A stretch of 62,508 nucleotides of DNA, counting the filler, from Chrysochromulina tobinii (lineage: Eukaryota), in the NCBI GenBank assembly GCA_001275005.1. It is 4 parts of 4 records of this genome, joined end to end, with 100 filler letters (N's around TTAATTAATTAA, not from the genome) between each part and the next. Parts side by side here need not be neighbours in the genome. Positions count along the whole stretch, not along the records: positions 1 to 11,394 come from JWZX01001068.1; positions 11,495 to 32,749 come from JWZX01001070.1; 2 more parts are not named here. One strand, given 5' to 3'. The first letter of the stretch is position 1, and every line of letters starts with the position of its first letter. Under the pieces are notes generated by a model, which did not search any database, had not been told where the DNA came from, and saw only the letters and a program-made list of their open reading frames with translations. Below, piece after piece: positions 10,799 through 22,233 of this stretch. A program made the position numbers and the translations under genes.

Positions 10799-10857
10799 AT
10801 GGCGAGCGTCCGCGGCATTCTAAATATTCAATCCCTTAACGAGCTCACGTACGAGAA
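10799..10857 (+). repeat. B2 split direct repeat; 3' end of element
   Basis: Identical to 10458-10516. Confidence 0.95.
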
Positions 10858-11394
10858 AGGGGGGATGCGGGAGAACCCACAATGGGGGGTCTCTCCGCCG
10901 TATGGGGGGAAGGGGATACCCAGGGGAAAGCCTTATAGGCACCCTGTCATGCGGTTCGTATGCCGCCCGCGCGCGGGCTGATGTTGCTCTATTCGGCGAG
11001 TGAAGTATTGCCGGTCTCCGCCGGAGGCTCCTAGAATGTGCCGACAGTCTCCTGTCGGCGCTTTCGAATATCGATGCGCATCAGTTCTGGGAGTGTTATG
11101 TGTTGCTTCGGCACGGGCGCTCGCTCGCTCATGCTCCTGGCCATGTCCCTCGTCGAGATCACGGCGATGGGGCCGTCAAGCTCTACCTTAACTACTTCGG
11201 TTTATGTCCCGGCGGCAAGGCGCGCTGTGGCTGTGCTGACGCCGTTTAATTACATCGAGTCCGAGGGCCTTGTGTTCCCCCGGGGCGAGGTGTCCAAGTA
11301 CCCCACGCCGCTTCCCGACTACAAGATGAGACAGATTGACGATTACATTCATCAGGATCTTTCGGTTATGCTCCTTCCGAGTCCGTCGAAGATG

Positions 11395-11494
11395 NNNNNN
11401 NNNNNNNNNNNNNNNNNNNNNNNNNNNNNNNNNNNNNNTTAATTAATTAANNNNNNNNNNNNNNNNNNNNNNNNNNNNNNNNNNNNNNNNNNNN
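11395..11494. other. Artificial contig linker
   Basis: 44 N + TTAATTAATTAA (stops in all six frames) + 44 N. Confidence 0.98.
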
Positions 11495-14400
11495 CCGCGG
11501 CGATCGACTCAAGGCGATCGTCGCGGAGATCGAGCGCGAGAGCTCACCTGCGATCTCCAAGGCGCCGTCCCGGTCGTTTTCGTACGCGGCCCCGGTCGTG
11601 GTCGGGGCCGAGGCGCCGTCGTGGGCGCCATCGGCCTCGGCGGTGCACTCGCCCACGACGGCGCCCACGCAGCCGTTGAGCACGCCGCCTCTCCAGACGC
11701 CCGCTCCGGCGCGATACGGGTCCGAGCCCACGACGGCGCGATACGGCTCCGAGCCGACCGTCGCGCCTTGTACCCTGGCGACTGCCTCCCATCTGCCCTC
11801 TGAGCCGCACTCGCCGCCTGCCCGTGTGGCTGCGTCCCACACCACGTCGATGGGGGCTTTGGCGACGCCTGAGGCCCACGGGCTGATGGTACGTCAGCTC
11901 GAGCAGATGCAGCAGGCTGTCTCGACCTTCTCGGCCGACTCGCCCACCCGTGCCCCCGTCTCACCGAGCCGCTCCGCTGCGATCCAGGTGAGGCAGCGTT
12001 GATTGCCTCTGATGACCGACCTTGCATGCAAGCGCTCACCACGGCGCTCTCGACCTGCTCCGGCGGCGATGCACAGGCCGTCGCGCGCGCCGCCGTCGCC
12101 GAGGACGAGCAAGCGAACGCCCTCTCGGAGCTTCGTCAGAGGCCCACACAGGTTTCGTCAGAGGCGATCTCCCTTTCGGAGCTTCGTCAGAGGCCCACAC
12201 AGGTTTCGTCAGAGGCGATCTCCCTCTCGGAGCTCGAGCGGGAGACCGTGCGGCTGCGTGCGGAGGCGGCACATTCAAAGGCGGAGGCGGAGCGCGCCAA
12301 GGTGGGCGCCGCGCTCGCGATGGCGACGGCCGACGCCAAGCAGCAGCAAGCGAGCGCGTGCGTGTCGGTCGCGAGCGCCAGCTCCAGAGCGAGCACGCGG
12401 AGGCGGTGCGTCAGTGGGCGACGCGCGAAAGTGCACTCACGCGCCGTGTCGAGCAGCAGCGACAAGCGACGGCCGACGCCAAGCATGAGGCCGAGATGCA
12501 GTTCCAGTCCGCGCACGCCGCCACGCGCTTGACGGAGCGCATCGCGGTGCAAGCCGCCATCGCGGGCACCCACGCCATCAAAGCGGAGCAACGCGCGGCG
12601 CACGCGACGGCGCAGGCCTCCGCCCAAGTCGAGCATGCCGCGCACGTTACCGAGCACGCGACGCAGGCGGCTGAGCAAGCTGCTCATGCGGCCGAGCAGG
12701 TAGTCCAGCTCGCCCGCATGCGAGGCACCTCCCTGCATGCAAGCGCTCACCACGGCGCGCCCGCCTGCGAGGCGTCTCCCTGCATGCAAGCAAGCGCTCA
12801 CAACGGCGCCCCCCCCTTCCCCACAGGTGCTCCAGCATGCCGCCGCGTGTGCCGCCTCGGCCGCCGCGCGCGCCGAGAGTGCGGAGGAGCACCGGCGCGC
12901 CGCCGAGGACGTCCTCCAGCATGAGCGTGTCAAGATGGAGGGCCTGCTCGAGCAGCAGCAGCTCCAGCTCGCGCAAGAGCGACAGGTGTGAACGGATCGG
13001 GAGGGCTACGGATCGCCATTGATGGCCACTGATGGCCACTGATGACCACTGATGACCACTGATGGCCACTGATGGCCACTGATGAGCACTGATGGGCACT
13101 GATCGCCCTCGATAGTCTCTGAGCCTGCAAGCGATGGCATTTGCGTTTGCGCGTGGTCGCAGGCCCTCGCGATGCAGCTCGCGCAGCAAGAGCTCCAGAT
13201 GACACGCGTGGTCCAGCGGTTCGATGAGCGAGTGCTCGCCCTTGAGCAGAGGGCCCTTCGACTGGCCACCGCCGCCTACGACGGCGCGAGCCTCTCGCCG
13301 ATGACGAACCCGATGACGAACCCGATGACGAACCCGGAGGCGCTGATGGGAGCGCACGTGACGCCTCGGCTGCCCGCGCCGCCGCCGACTGCGCCGCCGA
13401 CGACCGCGCCGACGACCGCGCCGCCGACCGCGCCGACCGCGCCGCCGACCGCGCCGACCGCGCCTGTTGCGGAGGCGCTGCCCCCTTCTATTCACATTCA
13501 CACGGAGGCTCTGCCCCCCGCCTCTGCCGCGGCGGCGGCGATTGCCGCCATGGCGGGGGTGGCTGCCAACGGCAGCTACGCGGGCCATGCGGTGGGTGCG
13601 CCCAACGGAAGCCCCTTCGCCTCGACCTTCGCCTCGAGGACACGCCCTGACGGCGAGCTTGGAGGCAGGACGACTCTCGAGCCACCGCCCGCGTGTACGC
13701 TCGCGCAGTGTGCATCTGCGTCTACGGTGGCGCCGTGTAGCGCCGTCCCGAGCGGCGCGGGAGCGCTCACGTGTGGCGCCGTCCCGGGCGCGGCGGTACA
13801 TGTCGAGTGCTGCGCGGGCGGCTACTGCCATTTTGAGCATGGCGACGGTGGCAGCGTGCACGTGCGCGGCCGCGGCGTGGTGGGCTGCGACATGGTCCCG
13901 GGCGCCGTCCCGGGCGGCGCGACCGTCGCGAGCTCCGAGGAGCTTCACAGCGGCGTTCACAGCGGCGTTCACAGCGGCGTGCCAGCTGGAGGGGCTCACG
14001 GACCGTCGTGCACCTACTGCGGCCCTCCTGGGACCGCGTTCTGCTGCGGGTCCATCGGCGCGCTCCTCCCGGGCGATGCTGGCGGCGTTGGTGTTGGCGG
14101 CGGTGGCATGTCAGCGCCGCAGACGCCCGGTGGCGTTGGGGGCATTCGAGCGCCGCCAACGCCCGGAAGCAATCTGGAGGGTCGGCTCGCGAGCCTCGAG
14201 CAGACTATGAACGCCATGAGGGTCACGCTCGCGTGGGGGGGGCTCGCTGATGATCCCGACGGCACCATGGCTGGCGGCCTCGGGTACATGGACGGGGGCC
14301 ACATGGGCGGGGGCTACATGGACGACCCGCGAGCGCCATCCCGAGCTCCCGAGCGCCGTCCCGAGCACCCGATGGACGGGGGGTACATGGACGACCCGCC

Positions 14401-15946
14401 CTCCCCCTCCCTCTACCCCGAGCGCCATCCCGAGCACCCGAGCGCCGGCACAGTGGACTCCATGGCTTCACAGGGAAATGGTCAGCTCGGAAGGGGCGAG
14501 GGAGCGCCCGGCTTCAGCTCGCTGCCCAACGAGTTCGATGCCTTGCCTCACGACTTCGACGCCTTGGCGAATGAGCTACGCGCCATTGCGAAGGAGCAAC
14601 TAGCGATGCTCAATGCGGAGCGCATGGCGTCGCCGTTGCACGCTCGCCCTCCCTCGCACGCGGCGCCTTCGCACGCGGCCGCGCCGCGCTCGCCGCTATC
14701 GCGCTCTCACACAGCGGCATCGCAGGGCTTTCGTCAGGCATCCTCGCCGCTGCCGCCGCCACCGCCGGCAATGCCACCGCCGTCGGCGATGCCGCCACCT
14801 TCGAGTATGTCACTACCGGCCTCAGCGGAGGGCGTTGAGCGCCATGTTGAGCGCCATGTTGAGCGCCATGTTGAGCGCCACGTCGGCTTCGTGGCGGCGC
14901 CCACGATGGCGCCGGTGGCCAGCGGCGGTTTCTCGTCGTCCGATGTGGGTTCGATGCAATCAGTGGCAATCAGTGCAATCAATGGCAATCAGTGCAGTCA
15001 GTCCGATGTGGGTTCGATGCTGCCCGCTGCGGCGCCGATGCTGCCGGCTGCGGCAGCGCCCCCCCAACTGGCTGGAGCGCCGCTGCAGCAGCCTCCTCCG
15101 CCTATGTCGCAAGCGCCCGCAGCGCAGACGAGTGCGGATAGCCTCTCAGCCGCCGTCGCCGCCATGACGGCGGCTGCGCAGGCGATGGCCACTTCAGCGC
15201 ACGCCGTCGCCGCGTCCCGAGAGCTGCCGCGCGCCGCCGCCGCCGCCGCCGCCACGGCCCCCAGCAGCGCAGCGGCGGCGGCGGGCGGCGGCGCATCAGA
15301 CATGGCGCTCGTACCTGAAGGCGATCTTCCACAAGGCTCATTGTACGGCGCGCGCCACGGCGAGCGCCATGGCGAGCTCCACGGCTCGCTCCACGAGACC
15401 CTGCGTATGGTTCACGAGAGTCGCGCGGACGCGCTCGAGCAGCTGCAGGCATCGCAGGCGCGCGCGCGCGAGCAGGAGCGCGAGCAGATGCACGAGCTGA
15501 TGCACGAGCTGCGCAGCTGGAAGCGCCAGAACGAGCGGCGCATGGCGGAGCTGACGATGCGAACCTCGGCCACGCTCACACCGCTGGGCGAAACACGTGT
15601 CCCAGATCGCTTCGGACAGCTGGGGGGGGGCGCGTGCGGTGGGGGGGGCGGCGCGACGACTCCCTCGGCCGTTGGCGCCAACGGCTGTGAAGGCCTTCAC
15701 AGGATGCCGCCTTCACATTCACAGGCTCCCTCGGCCGTTGGCGGCGCCTGCGCCGACGCATCCTGTGAAGGCGGCGGTGAGGAGCCGAAGGAGGGCGGCA
15801 GGACCGAACGTCGCGAACGTCTCCTCGCCGCCTCGCCGAAGGCCGCGCTCGACGTGGCCGGCCGGCTCGGCGGCGGCAATGGTGCCAAGCTCACGCCTCT
15901 CGCGTCGCGCCTCGCCAACTCGCCAAGCTGGCGCGGCTTCGGCGCC

Positions 15947-15980
<34 letters not shown>

Positions 15981-16385
15981 GGCGGCGGTTGCGGTGGCGG
16001 CGGTGGCGACATGAGCACCATCGCGTCGGAGTATGCCACAAGGAAGCGTCAGCTTGGCTATGGGCGCGAACCGTGCGAGCCTCCCCCAATCGTAGCCGCA
16101 AGCGTAGCCCGCGCACCGCCGCCGCCCGCGACCACTTTTGCCGGTGCTCGGCAGCCGACGCGCGCCCGCGCGGGGCGAGACACGCCCGAGCGCGGCGCTG
16201 CCCACGGCGGCGCTGCCCACGGCGGCGCCCGCGCGGGGCGAGACACGCCAGAGCGCGGCGCTGCCCACGGCGGCGCTGTCAACGGCGGTGGCGAGGGCAA
16301 CGGGCGCAGCCTGCGCGAGCTCCAGCGCGAGCTCGAGTCGCTCAAGAGCTCGCTTAGCGTCTACCTCGGCTCGGGGCTGGCCTGA
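11495..16385 (+). CDS. 5'-partial low-complexity/coiled-coil protein; introns 11988-12076, 12700-12826, 12986-13162; apparent frameshifts near 12340 and 15950-16010
   Basis: All three GT-AG introns are phase 0 and join Ala/Gln/Glu-rich helical ORF pieces in frame; C-terminal coiled coil RSLRELQRELESLKSSL ends at 16385. Confidence 0.65.
13021..13100 (+). repeat. Intronic decamer array (GATGGCCACT/GATGACCACT) x8
   Basis: Directly visible tandem 10-mers inside intron 12986-13162. Confidence 0.95.
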
Positions 16386-17189
16386 GGCTACCTCTTAGTA
16401 CTATCTGGTTAGGCTGGTTAGGCACTGGCCTGCTCCGAGAGCACTGCTTTTGAGCGGGTCATCAGGCGCGAACTCCTAACTCGTCGTCGTAAGGCACAAG
16501 GGCTAGGCGCATCATGGGAACAAAGACCCTTCGGGAGGCGGGAGCAGTTCGTTTGCGGGCGGACCCAACGGCATCCCAACGCGAGGCCTACGAGCGCCGT
16601 CTCGAGCGCGATGCCTTCAAGCAGAGGCCTTGCGCGATGAGGAGCCTAGGTAGGGAGACTGATGAAGTGGGCTGAGGAGCCTGGACGGAGAAGTATGGCG
16701 TGACCGGTTGCGTACTTGCGTTGCTTGCCCCATGGTTGCCCGCCGTGTGCGGTGTGGCCGTGGGTTCACGCGCCGCGCAAACGCCGCGCACCGTGGCATT
16801 TCAGCTGAACTAGTATCTAGTTCCAACCGGCTTCAGTGTTCAGAGCGCGCGTTTTGTTTACGTTAGATCTATTGATCGGGTTGCGATGTCAGTGGTTGCA
16901 ACGTGCCGGTTGCGTTGGACTGATGCGCGGAGCCGGAGGTGGTTCGCCGCGTGCGGTGGCCCGTCGGGGGCGCGCGCGGCGCGGCACCCTCCCGCGGCTC
17001 GTCCCGTCTGTTACACCATACAACTTGACAATGACGGTCTTGTTGTTGTTCGGACTCGGGACTGTTCGGTCTCGCGCTGGTGGTGGTCTCGGAGCGCGGG
17101 TGGTGGTTCGTGGGTCGTGCAATCACCAATCAGGGAGGATGGTCTTTCATACGGTGGACAATCATACAGACCGTCCGGAATTCAGGAAG

Positions 17190-18566
17190 CTAACCGGAAG
17201 CCTGCGCGGGCTTGCTCACGTCGGCCTCGTTGGCCACAGCGAGCCCCATGTCGGGCGCCACGCCACCCTTTTTGGTCAGCAGGTGGGCGTCGGGCTGCCA
17301 AGCCTCCAAGGCAGCTCCGACGGAGAGGCACTCATCCTCGAGACACTCAACGAAGGCTCCAGCCGGGAAGTCGTCGGTATCCGTGCCCATCGGCATTGCG
17401 ATCACAGTCCCCACGCAGATGAGGCCGTCGAGCAGCAGCGGCACGAGCATGACGCGCAGCATGCGAACGATGACGAGCGGCACGACCACCGAGATCAACT
17501 CATCGCTACCACGTGTGGACGCATTTTGGAGCAAGATGCCGAATTGAATCCCACAGAAGATCGAGTTGGCCAGGCACGACGCGTGCACGAGGCAGATGAT
17601 CAAGTGGATGTAGCCGTACGGGATCTGCGTCTGCATATACGTGTGGCAGAGCGTGATCGCATCTCGGGCCTGGAAGACGCGTGTAAAGATGACAGTGTAT
17701 CGACCCGGGTCCGCGTTGCGCGCGAAGCTCGTTGAGCACTCTAGTGGCGACTCCTTGTTCATCACCTCCTCCCAGAAGCGACAGAGCCAGCCGACTACAA
17801 TGGCGGAGGGAACGGGCAGCCCCGCAAGCGCCCGGTGTTCGGGCTCGAGGAGGAGCTTCATACGCACGAGGTCGGCGACCGCGTCGTCCATGTTCCGGTG
17901 ACGTCCGAATGGGAAGTCCGTCATGCGTGCCTCCAGGAAGAGCAGATTGTAGATCAAGAGCGAGTAGCGCACCACGAGCGCGCGCGCTTCGCGGTGGACC
18001 GGCGTGCGCTTCGGCCAGATCGAGGCAGCATACATCGACTGGTTGACGAGCGCCGAGTGCAAATTGCAGAGGCAGTCACGCCGGAAGGCGGTCCAGCGGC
18101 CCATCATCACCGACACGAAGCCACTCAGCAGAAAGATGATGCCCGTTATGCATACATCTACAAAGTCCTTCAAGCCCAAGGTGAACTCTGCCGAACCGAG
18201 CGGGATGAAAAAGTAGCCGACGGCAAGGCTGCTCGACAGAGAGACGTGGAAGAGGACAAGCATCCAAGCCCGAGGTGTGCCAAAGATGGTCGCGCCGCGC
18301 AGCTCCTTGTTGAAGATGGCCGACAGGGCGTCGACCAAGGTGCCCGTGTACGTTGTGTACTCCCGGTGGCGGTGCGAGCGTCTGCGGCGCGTGGAGTCAG
18401 GCAGTGTCTCCTCATAGTAGAGGTTGGGCTCATGAACAAAGTCTTCGAGCGTACATGTAGTACTGGGCTTCCACGACGTCGTGTGGTACGACGTTTTTGA
18501 TCGCCGCAAAGCCGGGCGTTCCTTGGCATCGAGGCCAGGGTCCACCTGTGTTGCTCTGGATCTCAT
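17190..18566 (-). CDS. Bestrophin-family anion channel-like protein
   Basis: FLLSGFVSVMMGRW, QIPYGYIHL, PMGTDTDDFP bestrophin-type motifs with TM segments. Confidence 0.82.
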   Translation of the reverse strand: MRSRATQVDPGLDAKERPALRRSKTSYHTTSWKPSTTCTLEDFVHEPNLYYEETLPDSTRRRRSHRHREYTTYTGTLVDALSAIFNKELRGATIFGTPRAWMLVLFHVSLSSSLAVGYFFIPLGSAEFTLGLKDFVDVCITGIIFLLSGFVSVMMGRWTAFRRDCLCNLHSALVNQSMYAASIWPKRTPVHREARALVVRYSLLIYNLLFLEARMTDFPFGRHRNMDDAVADLVRMKLLLEPEHRALAGLPVPSAIVVGWLCRFWEEVMNKESPLECSTSFARNADPGRYTVIFTRVFQARDAITLCHTYMQTQIPYGYIHLIICLVHASCLANSIFCGIQFGILLQNASTRGSDELISVVVPLVIVRMLRVMLVPLLLDGLICVGTVIAMPMGTDTDDFPAGAFVECLEDECLSVGAALEAWQPDAHLLTKKGGVAPDMGLAVANEADVSKPAQASG

Positions 18567-18706
18567 CTGGGTGGCGGGGCCGGCCTCAGAAGGAGGAAGA
18601 ACTGAACGACCCTCGTGCGACCCGCCATGGTGTTAATGTGTATCTGTGAATATGTGAATTATGTGGTCTTGTTTTAAATCCAACGAACACACGCTCTAAA
18701 CACTTC

Positions 18707-20383
18707 ATGAAAAGGCGTGATTCACACTCTCGGGCTCCAAACTCGGCTGCGGTCGACATGCGGGTCGCCACCGCCGACAGCTCCGTGCGAGGCGGTCGCT
18801 CGTCGACAAATGGCAAGGACCTGCGCTCTATCGTCGCCGTCCAGCTCGCAGAAATGCGACGCTTTGCGAAGTCGAAGACCATTCGCACCGCCATGATCGT
18901 GCCATGGGCCGAGGCGTTCACGGTCGCCTTCACCCTCCCGGTGTTCCCATTCTTCATGCAGGAGCTGCACATCACCCCAAGCATGATGGGCCAGCTGCGC
19001 ACCGTGCACCTCGTGCTGCAGGCCTTCTCCGCACCCGTCGCCGGCTCTCTGCTGGATGTGTACGGCCCATTCCTCGGAATCGCTTTACCCGCGTCCATTT
19101 GCGCGATCGGCTGCGCCATCAGATCGCTCTCGATCGACACGAGCGGGCTCTTCGCCGCCAACGTCTTCAGCGGGCTGAGCGGCGCCAAGACGGACATGGC
19201 GATCGCCCACCTCTCGCGGCACACGGAGCCCAGCCGTCGCACGCTCGCAGTCTCGGCCGCCAAAGTACAGCTTCAAGCACTCACGCTGCTCGGCACAGCG
19301 TGCTTCACGCCGCTCAACGCGCTGCTCATCGTGCTGCTGCCGGCGAGCACGTTCGGGCTGCTGCGCTTCCGGCTCTTCCTCAGCCTGTGTACCTTGGGAT
19401 GCGGTTTCGGCGTCATCGTGCTCCTGTGCTCAGCGAGCAGTATGAGCTATGAGGCCACGCCCGACCCGGAGGGCGTCCTGTGCTCAGCGAGCAGTAGGAA
19501 TCCTGTGAGCTATGAGGCCACGCCCGACCCGGAGGGCGACGTGCGTGTGGTCGAGAAGGGCGCACCCCTCGAGCAGGGCGCGATGTGCGCGTCGACGACC
19601 GACCTCGGCGATGGCGCCTCCGAGTCGAGTGAGAGCCCCACTCTCGCCGCGTGCGACCGGCCTACCGATGGGCGATGCGGCTGCGGCTGCGGCTGCGGCT
19701 GCGGCTGGACGGTACCCAGCATTCGACACGGCGCGATCCTCGCCCTCGCCCAGGTGGCGCTCTTCGCCAATGTGCTCTTCCGCGATACGCTTGGCCTCGT
19801 GTGGCCTCTCTACCTCAAGGCCCACTTTGGCTGGGCCGAGATGGAGTATGGGATGCTCCTACCCGTGCAGCAGGCGCTCGCGTTTGCGCTCGTGGCCACG
19901 CCGCGGCTGCAAGAGGCGCTCGGCACGCGCGCCGTCGTGGGCGTCCTCGGCGTGGGCAGCACCGTCGCGTATGCGCTCAGCATGGCGCTGCGCACGCCCA
20001 CGCCGCTCGTGCAGGGCGCACACGTGGCCTTCTTTCTGCTGGGCGGCGTGTGCGGCAGCGCGCTGGAGGTCGTCCTCACTTCGCTCTCGTCTGTCTTCGT
20101 GCCTCCGCGCGCGCAGGGGCGCCTCTTTGCTGGCTTGCTGCTGGTCAAGCTGGGCGGCAGCGTGGTGGGCAACTTGGTGGGCACCGCGCTCTTCCAGACG
20201 TCGATGGACGCCACGAGCGGCCCTTGGCTCCTCCGGGGCGGCGCGTTACCCATTGAGGTGTTCGCGCTCCCCGCCCTCATCAACCTCGCCGGCCTTGTCT
20301 GCGTGCTGCCGCAGGCGCTCGACGCGGCGACCGCGCGCGCCAAGTCGGGGCACCACTCCGTCTTGGTCTCCGACGACGAGTAG
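18707..20383 (+). CDS. Major facilitator superfamily transporter
   Basis: Two hydrophobic helix bundles with central loop; AGSLLDVYG motif-A-like, QGRLFAG; in-frame tandem duplication ~19422-19538. Confidence 0.85.
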   Translation: MKRRDSHSRAPNSAAVDMRVATADSSVRGGRSSTNGKDLRSIVAVQLAEMRRFAKSKTIRTAMIVPWAEAFTVAFTLPVFPFFMQELHITPSMMGQLRTVHLVLQAFSAPVAGSLLDVYGPFLGIALPASICAIGCAIRSLSIDTSGLFAANVFSGLSGAKTDMAIAHLSRHTEPSRRTLAVSAAKVQLQALTLLGTACFTPLNALLIVLLPASTFGLLRFRLFLSLCTLGCGFGVIVLLCSASSMSYEATPDPEGVLCSASSRNPVSYEATPDPEGDVRVVEKGAPLEQGAMCASTTDLGDGASESSESPTLAACDRPTDGRCGCGCGCGCGWTVPSIRHGAILALAQVALFANVLFRDTLGLVWPLYLKAHFGWAEMEYGMLLPVQQALAFALVATPRLQEALGTRAVVGVLGVGSTVAYALSMALRTPTPLVQGAHVAFFLLGGVCGSALEVVLTSLSSVFVPPRAQGRLFAGLLLVKLGGSVVGNLVGTALFQTSMDATSGPWLLRGGALPIEVFALPALINLAGLVCVLPQALDAATARAKSGHHSVLVSDDE

Positions 20384-20950
20384 GGCTGATCGACTTACCA
20401 CGTTAGTTTGCGTCGGCCCGGCGCTGGCCGTGGCGTCGTCGGGTGGGCAGTCGATAGTCGATACCGTAGAAGAGATGATTGTAGTTAAAGTGCGACGGGC
20501 GGGATGCATCGTCCCCGCGTGCCGCGGCCTATCGGGGTAAATCGGGGTTTAGCGGTGCGTCGCATTTACGTCGATTTCGGATGAAAGATTCTGATATCAC
20601 CATATTGGCTAAATCGTTATTCACGAGCGCGGACGAGCGGAGGAGCACGAGGCGCGTAGGGCCTTACGGGGTTTGAATACGTGCCCGGCGGCGGTTTGCG
20701 GGCCGTTTGCGCGACGATGCCGCATTATTTTTCTTCACCGGGACGGACCTCCTCTTACCGCGCGCATGCATCGACGCCCCGTGCACCGGCCACTCGATGT
20801 GGTCTTGCCCGTCAGACTCGCCGACCCGTTCAGCGTTCTATCCCAGGCGTCAGTCCGAGTTGTTACCGATCGCGCATCATCTCCTGATCATCTCGCCGCT
20901 TCGAACCGCATCGTTGCCCATCGCTCTCTTCTCTCTCCCCGATGCTCTCC

Positions 20951-22126
20951 TCACACATTGCGTGGCCGTTTAACGGCCGCGCCGTCGTCCTCGGCGAGCG
21001 CCTTCTGGACGATGCCCACGAACTTTTCATTCGACGAGCGCTGCCCGATCGTGATCCGTAGCTTGGTCCACAGGTCTGGCCGAGAGCCCCAGTAGCGCAC
21101 GAGGACCCCCTCGGCCTTGAGACGCGCGTAGAGGCGCGCGGCGAGCTCCTTGGAGCCCACCTCCGCGAGCAGGAAGTTGGCGCTCGTCTTGGGCCATGTC
21201 CACCCAAACTGCACCAGCTGCGCCTCGACCCAGTCGCGCTCGCGAATCGTCTCTCGTACGAGCCAGTCAAAGTGCTTGCGATCGCGCAGCGCGGCCTCGC
21301 CCGCGACCTGCGTGAGCGCGTTGACGTTGTACGAGTCCTTTACCTTGTTCATGTGCTCGATGAGCTCCTCGCTCGCGAACATGAGCCCGAGCCGGCCGCC
21401 TGCCATCGAGTACGACTTCGAAAACGTGCGCAGCACGATCACGTTGTCGCGCGATGCGAGCCGCGGTATCCAGGACATTGCGAGGCCGGCCGGCTGGCCC
21501 GCGGCGTCGCACGCATAGTCAATGTACGCCTCGTCCACCACGAGCACGCCCTCCAGCTGCGACGCGAGCAGGTCGAGCTGCTCAAGCGGCACGAGCGTCG
21601 CGGACGGGTTGTTGGGTGTCGCGATGAAGATCACCTTCGCGCCGGTGTCCAGGAGCGCGCTGATGGGCAGATGATGCCCACTGACGCCGCCGCCGCTGGA
21701 CGTGATGCCCTTGGCGGCGAGCAGCGGGTCCTCCTCCTCCAGCCAGTCGCAGTGCATGATCTCGACGCCCTGGATGGTCGCCAGCGTGTCGTAGAGCGAG
21801 TACGTTGGCCACGGGCAGGCGCACTTGTCGCCGGGCTCGAGGAAGGAGCGCATGATGACGGTGAGGCAATCATCCGAACCGTTGCCCACGAGCACCTGGT
21901 CGGCCGTCACCTGGAAGACATCGGCAGCGGCAGCGCGCACGCGGTCTGCCATCGGGCTCGGGTAGAGCCGCAGCTGGTCGGGTGTGACGCCCGCGACGGC
22001 CTTGAGCACCTCGGGCGACGGCCCCCACGCGCACTCGTTCGTGTTGAGCTTGATCGCGTCCTTGATCTGCTCGCCGGGTGCGTACGCCTTCATCGAGATC
22101 ACCGCGGGTCGGAGGAATCGACTCAT
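20951..22126 (-). CDS. hisC: Histidinol-phosphate aminotransferase
   Basis: IKLNTNE, LRLYP, GNGSDD, TPNNP, VVDEAYIDY, LRTFSKSYSMAGGRLG (PLP lysine), LRITIG. Confidence 0.95.
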   Translation of the reverse strand: MSRFLRPAVISMKAYAPGEQIKDAIKLNTNECAWGPSPEVLKAVAGVTPDQLRLYPSPMADRVRAAAADVFQVTADQVLVGNGSDDCLTVIMRSFLEPGDKCACPWPTYSLYDTLATIQGVEIMHCDWLEEEDPLLAAKGITSSGGGVSGHHLPISALLDTGAKVIFIATPNNPSATLVPLEQLDLLASQLEGVLVVDEAYIDYACDAAGQPAGLAMSWIPRLASRDNVIVLRTFSKSYSMAGGRLGLMFASEELIEHMNKVKDSYNVNALTQVAGEAALRDRKHFDWLVRETIRERDWVEAQLVQFGWTWPKTSANFLLAEVGSKELAARLYARLKAEGVLVRYWGSRPDLWTKLRITIGQRSSNEKFVGIVQKALAEDDGAAVKRPRNV

Positions 22127-22233
22127 CTTGGCGCAGAGCCGCGGAGACGTGGAGTGAGTGCGATGAGAGGTGCTCGAGGTTTGCCTTCAAGTTCTCGGCG
22201 AACCCCAGTCCGTTGGCGCAGCGAAAAATTGAC

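Larger units (their letters stand above)
1..10857 (+). mobile_element. Tyrosine-recombinase (DIRS order; Ngaro/PAT-like split-direct-repeat) retrotransposon, 5' end cut by window, YR damaged
   Basis: ORF1 (gag-like) - RT - RNase H - YR order; termini arranged A1 (1-51, partial) ... B1 (10458-10516) A2 (~10517-10796) B2 (10799-10857), the split direct repeat layout. Confidence 0.92.

Noticed and set aside
10858..11394. ORF 11038-gap as a gene or start of another element
   Set aside because: No recognisable motif and truncated by the contig end
11439..11450. TTAATTAATTAA palindrome, three times within N runs
   Set aside because: Identical 100-bp synthetic linker with six-frame stops; adjacency across it has no biological meaning
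20951..22126. Intronless hisC as bacterial contamination or recent HGT
   Set aside because: Sits among eukaryotic intron-bearing genes with similar composition; origin cannot be judged without phylogeny
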